Shown piece by piece: positions 37,023 to 46,447 of a DNA stretch of 64,000 bases (positions are counted from its first letter, which is position 1; each line of letters opens with the position of its first letter). The translations under genes and the position numbers were made by a program. Origin of the DNA: a virus; the IMG/VR virus record IMGVR_UViG_3300021389_000005, positions 32,001 to 96,000 of that record. One strand, written 5' to 3'. Below the pieces are notes generated by a model. That model saw only the letters and a program-made list of their open reading frames with translations. It searched no databases and was not told the DNA's origin.

Positions 37023-38033
37023 ATGTCAAATCTCTTTAAAGAACGTCTAGAATATAAACCGTTCGAATACCCTGAATATTACACCGAAGGTTGGCTTAAA
37101 CAAGCACAGGCTTTCTGGCTACACACTGAAATCTCAATGCAAGGTGATGTAAAAGACTGGAATGAAAACCTAATGCCACATGAAAAGAACTTAGTAGGCA
37201 ATATTCTTTTGGGTTTCGCCCAAACCGAATGCGCGGTATCTGATTACTGGACAAACATGGTTACCAGTTGGTTTCCTAAACATGAAATTAGACAAATGGC
37301 TATGATGTTCGGTTCACAAGAAACTATACACGCTGTTGCATATTCATATCTTAATGAAACTTTGGGTTTGGAGGATTTCGCAGCATTTCTTCATGAGCCT
37401 GCAACTGCCGAAAAATTTGAATTTTTAACTTCAACAACAGCTGATTACACACATGAAGATTTACAAACAAATCCTGTAGCAAGAAGGGAAGTAGCAAGAT
37501 CATTGGCTATTTTCAGTGCATTTGCAGAAGGTGTTTCTTTATATTCATCGTTTGCAGTACTTTACTCGTTTCAAATGAGAAACTTATTAAAAGGTATTGG
37601 ACAACAAATGAAGTGGTCTGTAAGAGATGAATCATTACATAGTAAAATGGGATGTCAGTTGTTTAGAGAGATGTGTAATGAATATCCTGAACTATTTGAA
37701 GAGATTCATGCAGATGTACTTAAAGCAGCCGAATACATGGTTGAAATGGAACACAAGTTTATTGATAAAATGTTTGAGCAAGGGGATCTTGCAAATATGG
37801 AAGCAGAAAATCTAAAACATTTTATTGTTAAAAGAGCTAACGAAAAAATCGCTGAATTAGGATATAAAGAAGGTCCATTTATGGAATTAGATAGTGAAAA
37901 GGCTAGTCATTTAGATTGGTTCTATCATTTAACAGGTGGACATACACACACAGACTTTTTTGCTATCAGACCTACTGATTATGCAAAAGCAGGAGAAGAC
38001 GAGAATTGGGACGAGGACGACTTATTCGATTAA
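37023..38033 (+). CDS. nrdB: Ribonucleotide reductase class I, beta subunit
   Basis: YKPFEYP, FW...E, AQTE, ETIHAVAY, AEGV.L.SSF, RDESLH. Confidence 0.93.
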   Translation: MSNLFKERLEYKPFEYPEYYTEGWLKQAQAFWLHTEISMQGDVKDWNENLMPHEKNLVGNILLGFAQTECAVSDYWTNMVTSWFPKHEIRQMAMMFGSQETIHAVAYSYLNETLGLEDFAAFLHEPATAEKFEFLTSTTADYTHEDLQTNPVARREVARSLAIFSAFAEGVSLYSSFAVLYSFQMRNLLKGIGQQMKWSVRDESLHSKMGCQLFREMCNEYPELFEEIHADVLKAAEYMVEMEHKFIDKMFEQGDLANMEAENLKHFIVKRANEKIAELGYKEGPFMELDSEKASHLDWFYHLTGGHTHTDFFAIRPTDYAKAGEDENWDEDDLFD

Positions 38034-38047
38034 TATAAATAATAAAA

Positions 38048-39880
38048 ATGAACAAAGAAGATAAAGTAAATTACGGAGCGTCCTTAGGTTGGGAGCTAGG
38101 TGTAGATTTCCCAACATGGGGAAACACAGAGATATATGTTAAAACAATAAGCAAAGGATATTGTTACCAAGATGAAACACCTAAAGATGCATACTGGAGA
38201 GTTGCAACTACGATTGCTAAAAGATTAGGCAAACCTGAACTTGCATCGAAATTCTTTGATTATATATGGAAGGGTTGGTTAAATCTAGCCTCACCTGTGC
38301 TTTCAAATACTGGATTAGAAAGAGGTTTACCTATTTCATGTTTTGGTATTGATGTTGCGGATTCAATTCACGATATCGGTGCTAAAAACCTAGAGATGAT
38401 GCTACTTGCCAAACATGGCGGTGGTGTAGGTACAGGAATTAATCAAATTAGACCAGCGGGTGCAAAAATTACAGGAAACGGTACATCAGATGGAGTTGTA
38501 CCTTTTTGCAAAATATTTGACTCTACGATACTTGCCACTAATCAGGGTTCTGTTCGTAGAGGAGCAGCAAGTGTTAACATTGATATTGAACATCCTGATT
38601 TCTGGGAATGGTTAGAAATTAGAGAACCTAAGGGTGATGTCAACAGACAATCATTAAATTTACACCAATGTGCAGTAATACCAGATGGTTTTATGCAAAA
38701 AGTTGAAGCTGGTGATAAAGAGTCTCGCAAAAAGTGGGCTGCGCTCTTAAGGAAGCGTAGATCTACAGGAGAGCCATATATCATGTACAAAGGAAATGTC
38801 AATAGAGCAAATCCAGAGGCATACTCTAAGAATGGATTAAAAGTTTATATGACTAACATTTGTTCAGAAATAACATTACATACTGACGAGAATCACTCAT
38901 TTGTTTGTTGCCTTTCTTCTGTAAATTTAGCAAAGTATAATGAATGGAAAGATACTGATCTGATTTACACTGCAACTTGGTTTTTAGATGGCGTTATGGA
39001 AGAGTTTATCCAAAAGGCTAAATTTATGAGAGGCTTTGAAAACTCAATTAGATCTGCAGAAAAAGGTAGAGCTTTAGGGCTTGGTGTATTAGGATGGCAT
39101 ACATATTTACAAGAAAAGAACATTCCGTTTGATTCTTTATCAGCTCAATTCGAAACACGTAAAATCTTTTCACAATTAAAGATAGAATCTGAAAGAGCAT
39201 CAAGAGATCTAGCTACAGAATATGGCGAACCATTATGGTGTGTAGGAACTGGAATGAGAAATACTCACTTAAGAGCTATTGCTCCAACAGTAACTAATTC
39301 TAAACTTAGTGGAAATGTTTCTCCAGGTATTGAGCCATGGGCAGCAAATCTATTAACAGAACAAACAGCTAAAGGTACTTTCATTAGAAAGAATCCAACA
39401 TTAGAACAAGTTTTAGATACAATAGGTAAGAATACTAAATCAACATGGGATAAAATACTAGAAGATGGTGGATCAGTATTAGGATTACCATGGATTGAAG
39501 ATTACTTTGTCTCATCATTTTCAGATAACGAAGGAACTTCAGGTATTCAAAAGCCACTAACTAAAAAGCAATTAGAAAAACTACCAACATTAGAACAAGC
39601 TGATTATATTCCAATGTCTGATGTATTTAGAACCTTCAAAGAAATTAATCAATTAGATTTAGTAAGACAAGCAGGTATTAGACAACAATATGTTGATCAA
39701 GCTGCAAGTTTAAATCTAGCGTTTCCAAAAGAGGCAGAACCTAAATTTATTAATCAAGTACATTTAGAAGCATATAGAAAGGGTGTAAAAACACTTTACT
39801 ACATGAGAACAGAATCAGTACTTAGAGGAGATATCGCTGCGGCAGCTACAGATCCAGATTGTGCTGCATGTGATGGATAA
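38048..39880 (+). CDS. nrdA: Ribonucleotide reductase class I, alpha subunit (no ATP cone)
   Basis: ASPVLSN, SCF, GGGVG, RRGA, TNICSEI, CCLSS, IAPT, KTLYY; C-terminal CAACDG. Confidence 0.94.
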   Translation: MNKEDKVNYGASLGWELGVDFPTWGNTEIYVKTISKGYCYQDETPKDAYWRVATTIAKRLGKPELASKFFDYIWKGWLNLASPVLSNTGLERGLPISCFGIDVADSIHDIGAKNLEMMLLAKHGGGVGTGINQIRPAGAKITGNGTSDGVVPFCKIFDSTILATNQGSVRRGAASVNIDIEHPDFWEWLEIREPKGDVNRQSLNLHQCAVIPDGFMQKVEAGDKESRKKWAALLRKRRSTGEPYIMYKGNVNRANPEAYSKNGLKVYMTNICSEITLHTDENHSFVCCLSSVNLAKYNEWKDTDLIYTATWFLDGVMEEFIQKAKFMRGFENSIRSAEKGRALGLGVLGWHTYLQEKNIPFDSLSAQFETRKIFSQLKIESERASRDLATEYGEPLWCVGTGMRNTHLRAIAPTVTNSKLSGNVSPGIEPWAANLLTEQTAKGTFIRKNPTLEQVLDTIGKNTKSTWDKILEDGGSVLGLPWIEDYFVSSFSDNEGTSGIQKPLTKKQLEKLPTLEQADYIPMSDVFRTFKEINQLDLVRQAGIRQQYVDQAASLNLAFPKEAEPKFINQVHLEAYRKGVKTLYYMRTESVLRGDIAAAATDPDCAACDG

Positions 39881-39933
39881 AAAATAAAGGTGTGGTTAAA
39901 TCCACGCTTTAGGACCGGGATAGTTCTCGGAAC

Positions 39934-39972
39934 GAGGCCAGACGTATCGCTACTGTCTGGCCTCACTTTTTT
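39934..39972 (+). terminator. Intrinsic terminator (last of three hairpins)
   Basis: GAGGCCAGAC/GTCTGGCCTC 10-bp stem plus T run. Confidence 0.75.
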
Positions 39973-40024
39973 AGCACCAATTATCATATTAACAATTTAA
40001 GGTTAATAAAATTAGATAAAATGT

Positions 40025-40052
40025 GAAACCTTTTTTATTTAATGGGTATAAT
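40025..40052 (+). promoter_or_regulatory. GAAAC-N17-TATAAT promoter for the OMP gene
   Basis: Exact motif match. Confidence 0.7.
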
Positions 40053-40195
40053 AGTCCAATTAACAAAGAAAAATGAACACAATTTCATTATACTTATTAA
40101 CAAAGTCTGCTAAAAATTACAGCAGCACGTCTATTTTTACTCCTAGAACTGTTATCACAGACTAATAGACTTATTTTAACCAAAACAATTTTAAT

Positions 40196-40612
40196 ATGAA
40201 AAATTTTATTTTAACATTAGCCCTTGCGGCTTTAACGACATTCGGTGCTAATGCACAGAATACAAAAGGTGACTGGTACGTAGGTACTGGCGATATTGCT
40301 AACACGGCTTGGACTGAACTATCAATCCAACCAACAATCGGATATGCATTCTCTGACAACTATATGGTTGGAATGAGTGTTGCACAGGCTGATTCAACTG
40401 AAGACATGGTCTTAGGTCTAGAAGGAAGATATTTCCACAAAGGATTCTTTGGATATGTAGCACTAAACGATTTTGATTTTGATCAACTTCAATTAGGTGT
40501 AGGTAAAATGTTCGCGTTCCATAAAGGATCTATGTTTGTAGATCCAAAGATCGTTTACGATTTAGGAATGGAAACAACGAACCTTCAAATCGGATTTGGT
40601 TTAAAGTTCTAA
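40196..40612 (+). CDS. Small outer-membrane beta-barrel protein, Bacteroidota type
   Basis: Sec signal peptide ending ANA|Q, alternating beta strands, C-terminal LQIGFGLKF beta-signal. Confidence 0.82.
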   Translation: MKNFILTLALAALTTFGANAQNTKGDWYVGTGDIANTAWTELSIQPTIGYAFSDNYMVGMSVAQADSTEDMVLGLEGRYFHKGFFGYVALNDFDFDQLQLGVGKMFAFHKGSMFVDPKIVYDLGMETTNLQIGFGLKF

Positions 40613-40637
40613 ACTAAAACTGATTTGGTTAAAAGTT

Positions 40638-40670
40638 AAGCCCAAGTTTCTAGGATCTTGGGCTTTTTTT
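40638..40670 (+). terminator. Intrinsic terminator
   Basis: AAGCCCAAG...CTTGGGCTT plus T run. Confidence 0.85.
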
Positions 40671-40672
40671 AT

Positions 40673-40700
40673 GAAACCTTTCGAAGCAATTCTATATAAT
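40673..40700 (+). promoter_or_regulatory. GAAAC-N17-TATAAT promoter for clamp/gp43B
   Basis: Exact motif match. Confidence 0.7.
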
Positions 40701-40729
40701 AATAAATCATTATCAAAAAACAAATAATT

Positions 40730-41473
40730 ATGAAACTTAAATTAGATCGTATTGACCAGCATGCTTTAACAGCATTCATCAACCGAGTAAAGCCAATTGA
40801 TTCTTTCATCTATATGAAAATTGCAGATGGAACAATTAATTCAACAGTTTATCTTCCACAAAGAGATGCAGTAAAACATCATTCTGTAGAAGCTAGCACC
40901 ATTTTTCAAGTAGAAGCATGGCCAGAAACTGACAAAGAAATGAAAATTGCATTCTTTGAGGGAAACAAAGTTATTGAAGCTATTAAGCACTTCGATGCAG
41001 ACGCAATTAAAGGTGAAATTGAATTCATCGAAAACGACAACGAATTAGTAGCAGCTTCGCTACGTATTTTTAATGACGAACTAGAAATTACTCTAGCTTG
41101 TTCAGAACCATCACTTGGCTTTAAAGATCTTACTCAAGAGCAAATTGATGTAATCTTTGCAAAAGAAGATAGTAAGTTTGACTTTAGCTTTGACACTCAC
41201 ATGATTGGTAAAGTTAAAAACTTATTTTCACTTGACAAAGACGAAACATTTAGTATTAAATCTGATGTTTCAGGTGTAAGTGTAAGTGGTAAATCATTTA
41301 GTGTTGTTATCAATCCAGATACAAGCGGAAATGGTGAAGTTACAGTATACAAAAAATACTTAAGCTTGCTTGACAAAGATGAACAAACAGTATATGTTTC
41401 AGGGTCAAAAGTTGTATTCAACTCAAATGACACAAACACATTACTAACAGTTTCAACTTGTCAAACAGCATAG
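40730..41473 (+). CDS. gp45: Sliding clamp (gp45/PCNA-like)
   Basis: 247 aa with a two-fold beta-alpha-beta pattern, directly upstream of the polymerase subunit; no exact motif recognised. Confidence 0.6.
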   Translation: MKLKLDRIDQHALTAFINRVKPIDSFIYMKIADGTINSTVYLPQRDAVKHHSVEASTIFQVEAWPETDKEMKIAFFEGNKVIEAIKHFDADAIKGEIEFIENDNELVAASLRIFNDELEITLACSEPSLGFKDLTQEQIDVIFAKEDSKFDFSFDTHMIGKVKNLFSLDKDETFSIKSDVSGVSVSGKSFSVVINPDTSGNGEVTVYKKYLSLLDKDEQTVYVSGSKVVFNSNDTNTLLTVSTCQTA

Positions 41474-41474
41474 T

Positions 41475-42683
41475 ATGAATATCGAAGAGCTAGAAAATAA
41501 ATCTATCGAGGAATTAAATGATAATGAGGCGAAGCTGCTTGTAGATCACTACAAGCAGCTTTCAGCCAAATACACTGCATATGAACAAGCAGTTAAGTTA
41601 ACACTAAACTCGATCTACGGAGCCTTCGGTAATAAGTGGTTCCACTTTTTTAATATTGACATTGCCGAGTCAATTACAAAACAAGGTAAAAACGCAATTC
41701 TTTATTCAGAAACTATTCTCAACAAATATGTTAATGAGTTTTGGCACAAAGATGCTGCAGTACATTCTCACTTTGGAATTAAAGTAAAAGGTAAAATAGA
41801 AAAGCCAGCAGTAATTTATATTGATACAGATTCATGTTATGTACAGTTTCAAGATTTATATGAATCTATAATTTGGCCAGAAGAAACAGAGAAAATGGAA
41901 ATCGATGTGTTTATTTTAGCACTTTATGGTTTCAGACTTAGAGATTACATTACTAAGTGTATGGAGAAATATGCAGATAAAAGAAACTCAGATAATTATT
42001 TGATGTTTGAATTAGAAGCGCTTGCATATAATGGTATTTGGATGTCTAAGAAAAAGTATATTCAGAACATTGCATGGGATGATAAATTAGAAACCACAGA
42101 CAGGCATACTTCATTAAAGAAAATTAAAACAATTGGTTTTGATACTATTCAATCATCTACGCCTAAATTTGCAAGAGAGAAACTAGTTGAAGCTCTTAAA
42201 ATTATATTTAAAAGTAGAGTAACTCCAACAGCAGAAGATCTTCAAACATTAGTTGTTTTCATGAAAGAAACAAAAAAGCAATTTAAACTTGCAGATATTG
42301 ACGAGATTTCTTTTAATAGAAGGACTAACAATATTGACAAATATATTGTTGATGATCAGAAAGAATTTCAAATAGGTCTAAAATGTCCAGCAAACGTTAA
42401 AGCAGCCGGATATTACAATTACTTATTGAATAACAATAAAAAATATAAAAACAAATATAAGGTTATCGGTAACGGTGAAAAACTAAAGATCTACAATTGT
42501 AAATCACCAATATCTGAAGTATATGCATATATGCCAGGAGATCATCCTTATGAAATTGCACCAGAAATTGATTACGATACTCAATTTGAAAAAGCAATGA
42601 TCGATCCTCTTAATAGAGTATTAACAGCGATTGGTCTACAAACACTAGATACTAACCTAATTTACGCATCGTCGTTATTTTAA
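41475..42683 (+). CDS. gp43B: DNA polymerase B, C-terminal subunit (motifs B and C, thumb)
   Basis: KLTLNSIYGAFGN, AESITKQG, YIDTDS, KKKY, SSTP; ends ASSLF. Confidence 0.92.
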   Translation: MNIEELENKSIEELNDNEAKLLVDHYKQLSAKYTAYEQAVKLTLNSIYGAFGNKWFHFFNIDIAESITKQGKNAILYSETILNKYVNEFWHKDAAVHSHFGIKVKGKIEKPAVIYIDTDSCYVQFQDLYESIIWPEETEKMEIDVFILALYGFRLRDYITKCMEKYADKRNSDNYLMFELEALAYNGIWMSKKKYIQNIAWDDKLETTDRHTSLKKIKTIGFDTIQSSTPKFAREKLVEALKIIFKSRVTPTAEDLQTLVVFMKETKKQFKLADIDEISFNRRTNNIDKYIVDDQKEFQIGLKCPANVKAAGYYNYLLNNNKKYKNKYKVIGNGEKLKIYNCKSPISEVYAYMPGDHPYEIAPEIDYDTQFEKAMIDPLNRVLTAIGLQTLDTNLIYASSLF

Positions 42684-42694
42684 AAAGAATTATT

Positions 42695-42853
42695 ATGACA
42701 CCAACATTTTACGAAACTATTTTGAGTTTAACAAAGCAAACACCAAATGACATGGAACTGGGTAATGCTCTTAGAAGATTAATTTGGAAGATAGAAACAG
42801 CAGAAGCTGCAGATCCAAACCAATTAACAATAAAATTTCCACAAGACAAATAA
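42695..42853 (+). CDS. Small hypothetical protein (52 aa), not in the ORF track
   Basis: MTPTFYETIL...PNDMELGNALR...; fills the gap. Confidence 0.6.
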   Translation: MTPTFYETILSLTKQTPNDMELGNALRRLIWKIETAEAADPNQLTIKFPQDK

Positions 42854-42854
42854 C

Positions 42855-43064
42855 ATGCACGTAGAATTAACAGATAGGCAAAAAGAATACGTCGAACAAT
42901 ATCAATTTATTCTTAATAGACTTGGCCAAATACAAGAGGATCTTGCTGAATTGGGAAAAGAATCATCTAGTCTTATAACAAGATTGCAAGAAATAAGAGA
43001 CGCTGAATCTGTAGAATTTCCAAACTCAAATTTAATAGAAACTCTTAAAGAAGCCGACGAATAA
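42855..43064 (+). CDS. Small coiled-coil hypothetical protein
   Basis: 69 aa ORF in the operon. Confidence 0.55.
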   Translation: MHVELTDRQKEYVEQYQFILNRLGQIQEDLAELGKESSSLITRLQEIRDAESVEFPNSNLIETLKEADE

Positions 43065-43076
43065 GTCGGTTTTTTT
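43051..43076 (+). terminator. Intrinsic terminator
   Basis: GCCGAC-gaataa-GTCGGT plus T run. Confidence 0.75.
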
Positions 43077-43081
43077 ATTTA

Positions 43082-43109
43082 GAAACAAAATAGGTTATTG
43101 TGATATAAC
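43082..43109 (+). promoter_or_regulatory. GAAAC-N17-TATAAC promoter for uvsX
   Basis: Motif match. Confidence 0.65.
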
Positions 43110-43131
43110 CTTAAACAAAAAGTATAATTAC

Positions 43132-44241
43132 ATGGCAAAGAAAGATTTTAGTTTTGAAGACATAAACTCAGAGTTAAAGACATTAAATCCAATGGGATCA
43201 ATTATGGCTGACTCTACATTTAGTGAAGTTACAGAATGGATAGACACTGGTAACTATCACTTAAACGCATGTGTTAGTGGTTCACTATTCGGTGGATGGC
43301 CTAACAGTAGAACATGTTCAATAGCAGGACCATCAGGAACAGGTAAAACATTCTTAGTGTTGAATTCTGTTAGAAAGGCAATCGAAATGGGGTATAATGT
43401 AATATACTTTGATTCTGAAGCAGCTGTTGATAAAGATCAGATGGAAAAGTTTGGAATTGACGTAACAAAAGTTAATTACCAGCCAATTAACACTGTTCAA
43501 GAATTTAGAACATCAGTTACTACACTTACTAGCAAAATGCAAGAAGTAAAACGTAATGGTGGAAAAACACCAAAGATCATGATGATTCTTGATTCTGCAG
43601 GTAACTTGGCAACACAAAAAGAAATTGACGATGCAAGATCAGGATCTGAGAAAGCAGATATGACCAGATCTAAGGTTTTAAAATCTATTTTTAGAATCAT
43701 CATGACACCATTGGCAGATCTTAAGATACCTTTTATTTTTACTAATCACACATATCAGACTCAAGACTTTATCTCAAGACAAGTCGCTGGTGGTGGAACT
43801 GGACCAGAATATGCAGCATCTATTGTTTTATATCTAGGAAAGGCACAGCTTAAAGAATCTAGTGGTGAAAAAGCAGGTATTATAGTAACAGCAAAACCTA
43901 ACAAAAACAGATTCGCAAAGCCACACAATATTAAATTCCATTTACATTTTACTGAAGGTATGAATGCATATGTCGGACTAGAACAATATATTGATTGGGA
44001 AGATATAGGTATTACTAAAGGTGTAATTGAAAAGGGTGAGAAGATCCCTAAGGCAACTTCAAGAAATTGGATCTGTAAGCATTTGGACAAAACAGTGCCT
44101 AACAAAGAATTCTTTTCAGAAAAAGTATTTACTCAAGAAGTCTTAGAGAAAATTGAAGAAAAGATTAAACACGTATTTAATTACAACACTGAAGAAAGAG
44201 AAATAGATTTAGATTCAATATTAGAAGAAGATGCAAATTAA
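43132..44241 (+). CDS. uvsX: RecA-like recombinase UvsX
   Basis: IDTG, AGPSGTGKT, FDSE, LDSAGNL, DMTR, TNHTY, GGG.GPEYAAS. Confidence 0.93.
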   Translation: MAKKDFSFEDINSELKTLNPMGSIMADSTFSEVTEWIDTGNYHLNACVSGSLFGGWPNSRTCSIAGPSGTGKTFLVLNSVRKAIEMGYNVIYFDSEAAVDKDQMEKFGIDVTKVNYQPINTVQEFRTSVTTLTSKMQEVKRNGGKTPKIMMILDSAGNLATQKEIDDARSGSEKADMTRSKVLKSIFRIIMTPLADLKIPFIFTNHTYQTQDFISRQVAGGGTGPEYAASIVLYLGKAQLKESSGEKAGIIVTAKPNKNRFAKPHNIKFHLHFTEGMNAYVGLEQYIDWEDIGITKGVIEKGEKIPKATSRNWICKHLDKTVPNKEFFSEKVFTQEVLEKIEEKIKHVFNYNTEEREIDLDSILEEDAN

Positions 44242-44530
44242 CCAGGATAATCTACCCATAAAATACATTATGGGCATTGAAAAAGATTTACCTGAATATC
44301 CAACCGGCTTCGATATACTTTACAAAGAGATTCAATTGTGTGTTAGAATGCCAGATAGACATAAAGGCAACTTTACACTACATGCTCTAAAAACCTATAG
44401 GTTCCAAGAAACAGAAGAGTCTAAATTATTAGATTCTATAAATGATCTAATAAACTTAGGTATAGTAGAAACAGTAAACACTGAGAAAGGTAAACTTTCT
44501 TGGAAAATAATTCAAAATCCATTCCAATGA
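44231..44530 (+). CDS. Hypothetical protein (possible winged helix)
   Basis: 99 aa, translationally coupled on both sides. Confidence 0.5.
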   Translation: MQINQDNLPIKYIMGIEKDLPEYPTGFDILYKEIQLCVRMPDRHKGNFTLHALKTYRFQETEESKLLDSINDLINLGIVETVNTEKGKLSWKIIQNPFQ

Positions 44531-45111
44531 TAGCAGTATTTGATAATTTTATAAAAGATGAATCTCTTTTAGCAGAGATAAGATCCAACATACCATATTT
44601 ATTTAATGATCCAGGTGTATACAAGTGGTATGACGGATGGTTTAATAATTCTCCTGCAAATAATACTGCAAAGAAAATAATTAAACAGATATGGGCCGAT
44701 AATTGTCCAATAACTGAAACATTCAATATTTCAGGTTTTGAATATTGGACCGGAATTCAAGAAGCTAAAGGAATGAGCGATGAATGGGAAGATAATTTAG
44801 AAATGCATTTTGATAAAGATGAAGCTTGGTTTGAAAAAACAGGAGAAGTAAAAGCACCCATAATAGGTTCTATTTATTATCCAGACCAAGAAGAATTTGA
44901 AGGAGGCATGCTAGAAATTTATACTAATGGTGAAGAGAATCCGCCTGAAATTGTTTACGCAAAACCAAATAGATTAATAATATTCAACGCAGGAAAAGAT
45001 GTACATAGGGTTACAGTTGTTACAAAAGGCCAAAGGCTGGCAATTGCCATAAATTTATGGGAAGAAATACCTTATAGTAAACAAATCGGTAGGTTTAACA
45101 TAGAAGGATAA
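44527..45111 (+). CDS. 2OG-Fe(II) oxygenase (prolyl-hydroxylase-like)
   Basis: HFDKDE (HxD), FEGGMLEI, PNRLIIF, VHRV..V..G.R.AIAIN; ATGA overlap places the start at 44527. Confidence 0.85.
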   Translation: MIAVFDNFIKDESLLAEIRSNIPYLFNDPGVYKWYDGWFNNSPANNTAKKIIKQIWADNCPITETFNISGFEYWTGIQEAKGMSDEWEDNLEMHFDKDEAWFEKTGEVKAPIIGSIYYPDQEEFEGGMLEIYTNGEENPPEIVYAKPNRLIIFNAGKDVHRVTVVTKGQRLAIAINLWEEIPYSKQIGRFNIEG

Positions 45112-45121
45112 ACAATAATAT

Positions 45122-46438
45122 ATGCAATTCGGTCAAGATTTTGAAAAAATATTCTTTAGGTTATCTTTAGTAAAGCCTAAATACTTACAAGCTATTAATA
45201 AAGGCTTTTATACATCTGAAGAGATAGATCTATTAAGTTATTTGTCTAATAAGTTTTATGATAAATTTCATGAGACTCCAAGTAAAGATCAATTATGGCT
45301 ATTAATAGGCAGACATCCAAGAGCTAAAGAAAAAATTAATGAAGATTTACTAGATTTAGTTTTTAAAACAGATCTTGATCAATACGATGAAGAATGGTTA
45401 ACTACTACAGCTGAATCTTGGATCAAATGGCGCACATTTGACACTACACTAATAGATACTATAGAATTTATTAAGACTACTAAGGTAACACCTGAGAACG
45501 CAGATACTGTGATCCAAAAGGTTAAAAGTCTTATTAATGATAGAAACAATATATCATTCAACTCTGATCTTGGTCTAGATTTCTTTGATGTTGATGCACA
45601 TGATCAAAAAGAAACAGAAAAGGTAAGCTCAGGATATAACTTTATAGATAGAATGCTAGGAGGTGGATATGATAAGGGAGGTAATCTTATTGTATATGCA
45701 GGTGAACAAAACATCGGTAAGTCAATATACTTGGCAAACGATGCAGCTAACTTTGTAAAAATGGGAACCAATACTGTAGTAATTACCGCAGAAATGGCTG
45801 CACATAAATTTGTAAAAAGAATTGGATCAAATTTACTTAGTGTTAATATCAGTGAATATCCAGAAAAAGCAAAGAATAAAGATCACATTAAAAGAAGATT
45901 AGAAACCGTTGGTGATGGATTTACACCACCTGGACAATTATTCATTAAGCAAATGCCAACATCTCAGGCTACAGTATTAGATATTGAAGCATATGTTAGT
46001 CAAATTGAAGAAGAGCGTCAAATAAAAGTTGGTGCAGTAGTAATTGATTATATCAATATTCTTGCCAATTATAGAAATCTAAATACTGAAAATACTTATA
46101 TGAAGATCAAGCAGATTGCAGAAGATCTTAGAGCTATGGGTATTAGAAATGATTGGTTAATAGTTACTGCAACGCAGATAAACAGAAATGGCTATAACTC
46201 ATCAGATATTACAATGACAGATATTGCAGAATCAGCTGGACTTTCTCATACAGCAGATATAATGTTTGGTATTATTCAAGATGATTTAATGAGAGCAAAT
46301 TCAGAGTATTGGCTAAAGGTCTTAAAGATCAGAGATGGTGAAGGTAAGGGTACCAAATGTAAATTGAATATTAATTGGAATTACATGAGGCTTATTGAGA
46401 CAGATGACATTACTAATTCAAATTTACACGGAATATAA
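45122..46438 (+). CDS. gp41: Replicative DnaB-like helicase
   Basis: AGEQNIGKS, TAEM, IDYINI, IAEDLR, TATQINR, AESAGL..TAD, LKIRDG. Confidence 0.92.
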   Translation: MQFGQDFEKIFFRLSLVKPKYLQAINKGFYTSEEIDLLSYLSNKFYDKFHETPSKDQLWLLIGRHPRAKEKINEDLLDLVFKTDLDQYDEEWLTTTAESWIKWRTFDTTLIDTIEFIKTTKVTPENADTVIQKVKSLINDRNNISFNSDLGLDFFDVDAHDQKETEKVSSGYNFIDRMLGGGYDKGGNLIVYAGEQNIGKSIYLANDAANFVKMGTNTVVITAEMAAHKFVKRIGSNLLSVNISEYPEKAKNKDHIKRRLETVGDGFTPPGQLFIKQMPTSQATVLDIEAYVSQIEEERQIKVGAVVIDYINILANYRNLNTENTYMKIKQIAEDLRAMGIRNDWLIVTATQINRNGYNSSDITMTDIAESAGLSHTADIMFGIIQDDLMRANSEYWLKVLKIRDGEGKGTKCKLNINWNYMRLIETDDITNSNLHGI

Positions 46439-46447
46439 AAAACAACT

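Noticed and set aside
39860-39972. SECIS/selenocysteine read-through at the end of nrdA
   Set aside because: The TGA in TGTGATGGA is out of frame; the gene ends CAACDG-TAA with normal cysteines.
36863-41474. Intron or split intein joining the polymerase halves
   Set aside because: The intervening DNA holds ordinary genes with promoters and terminators; no intein N-/C-terminal motifs or group I intron/homing endonuclease were seen.
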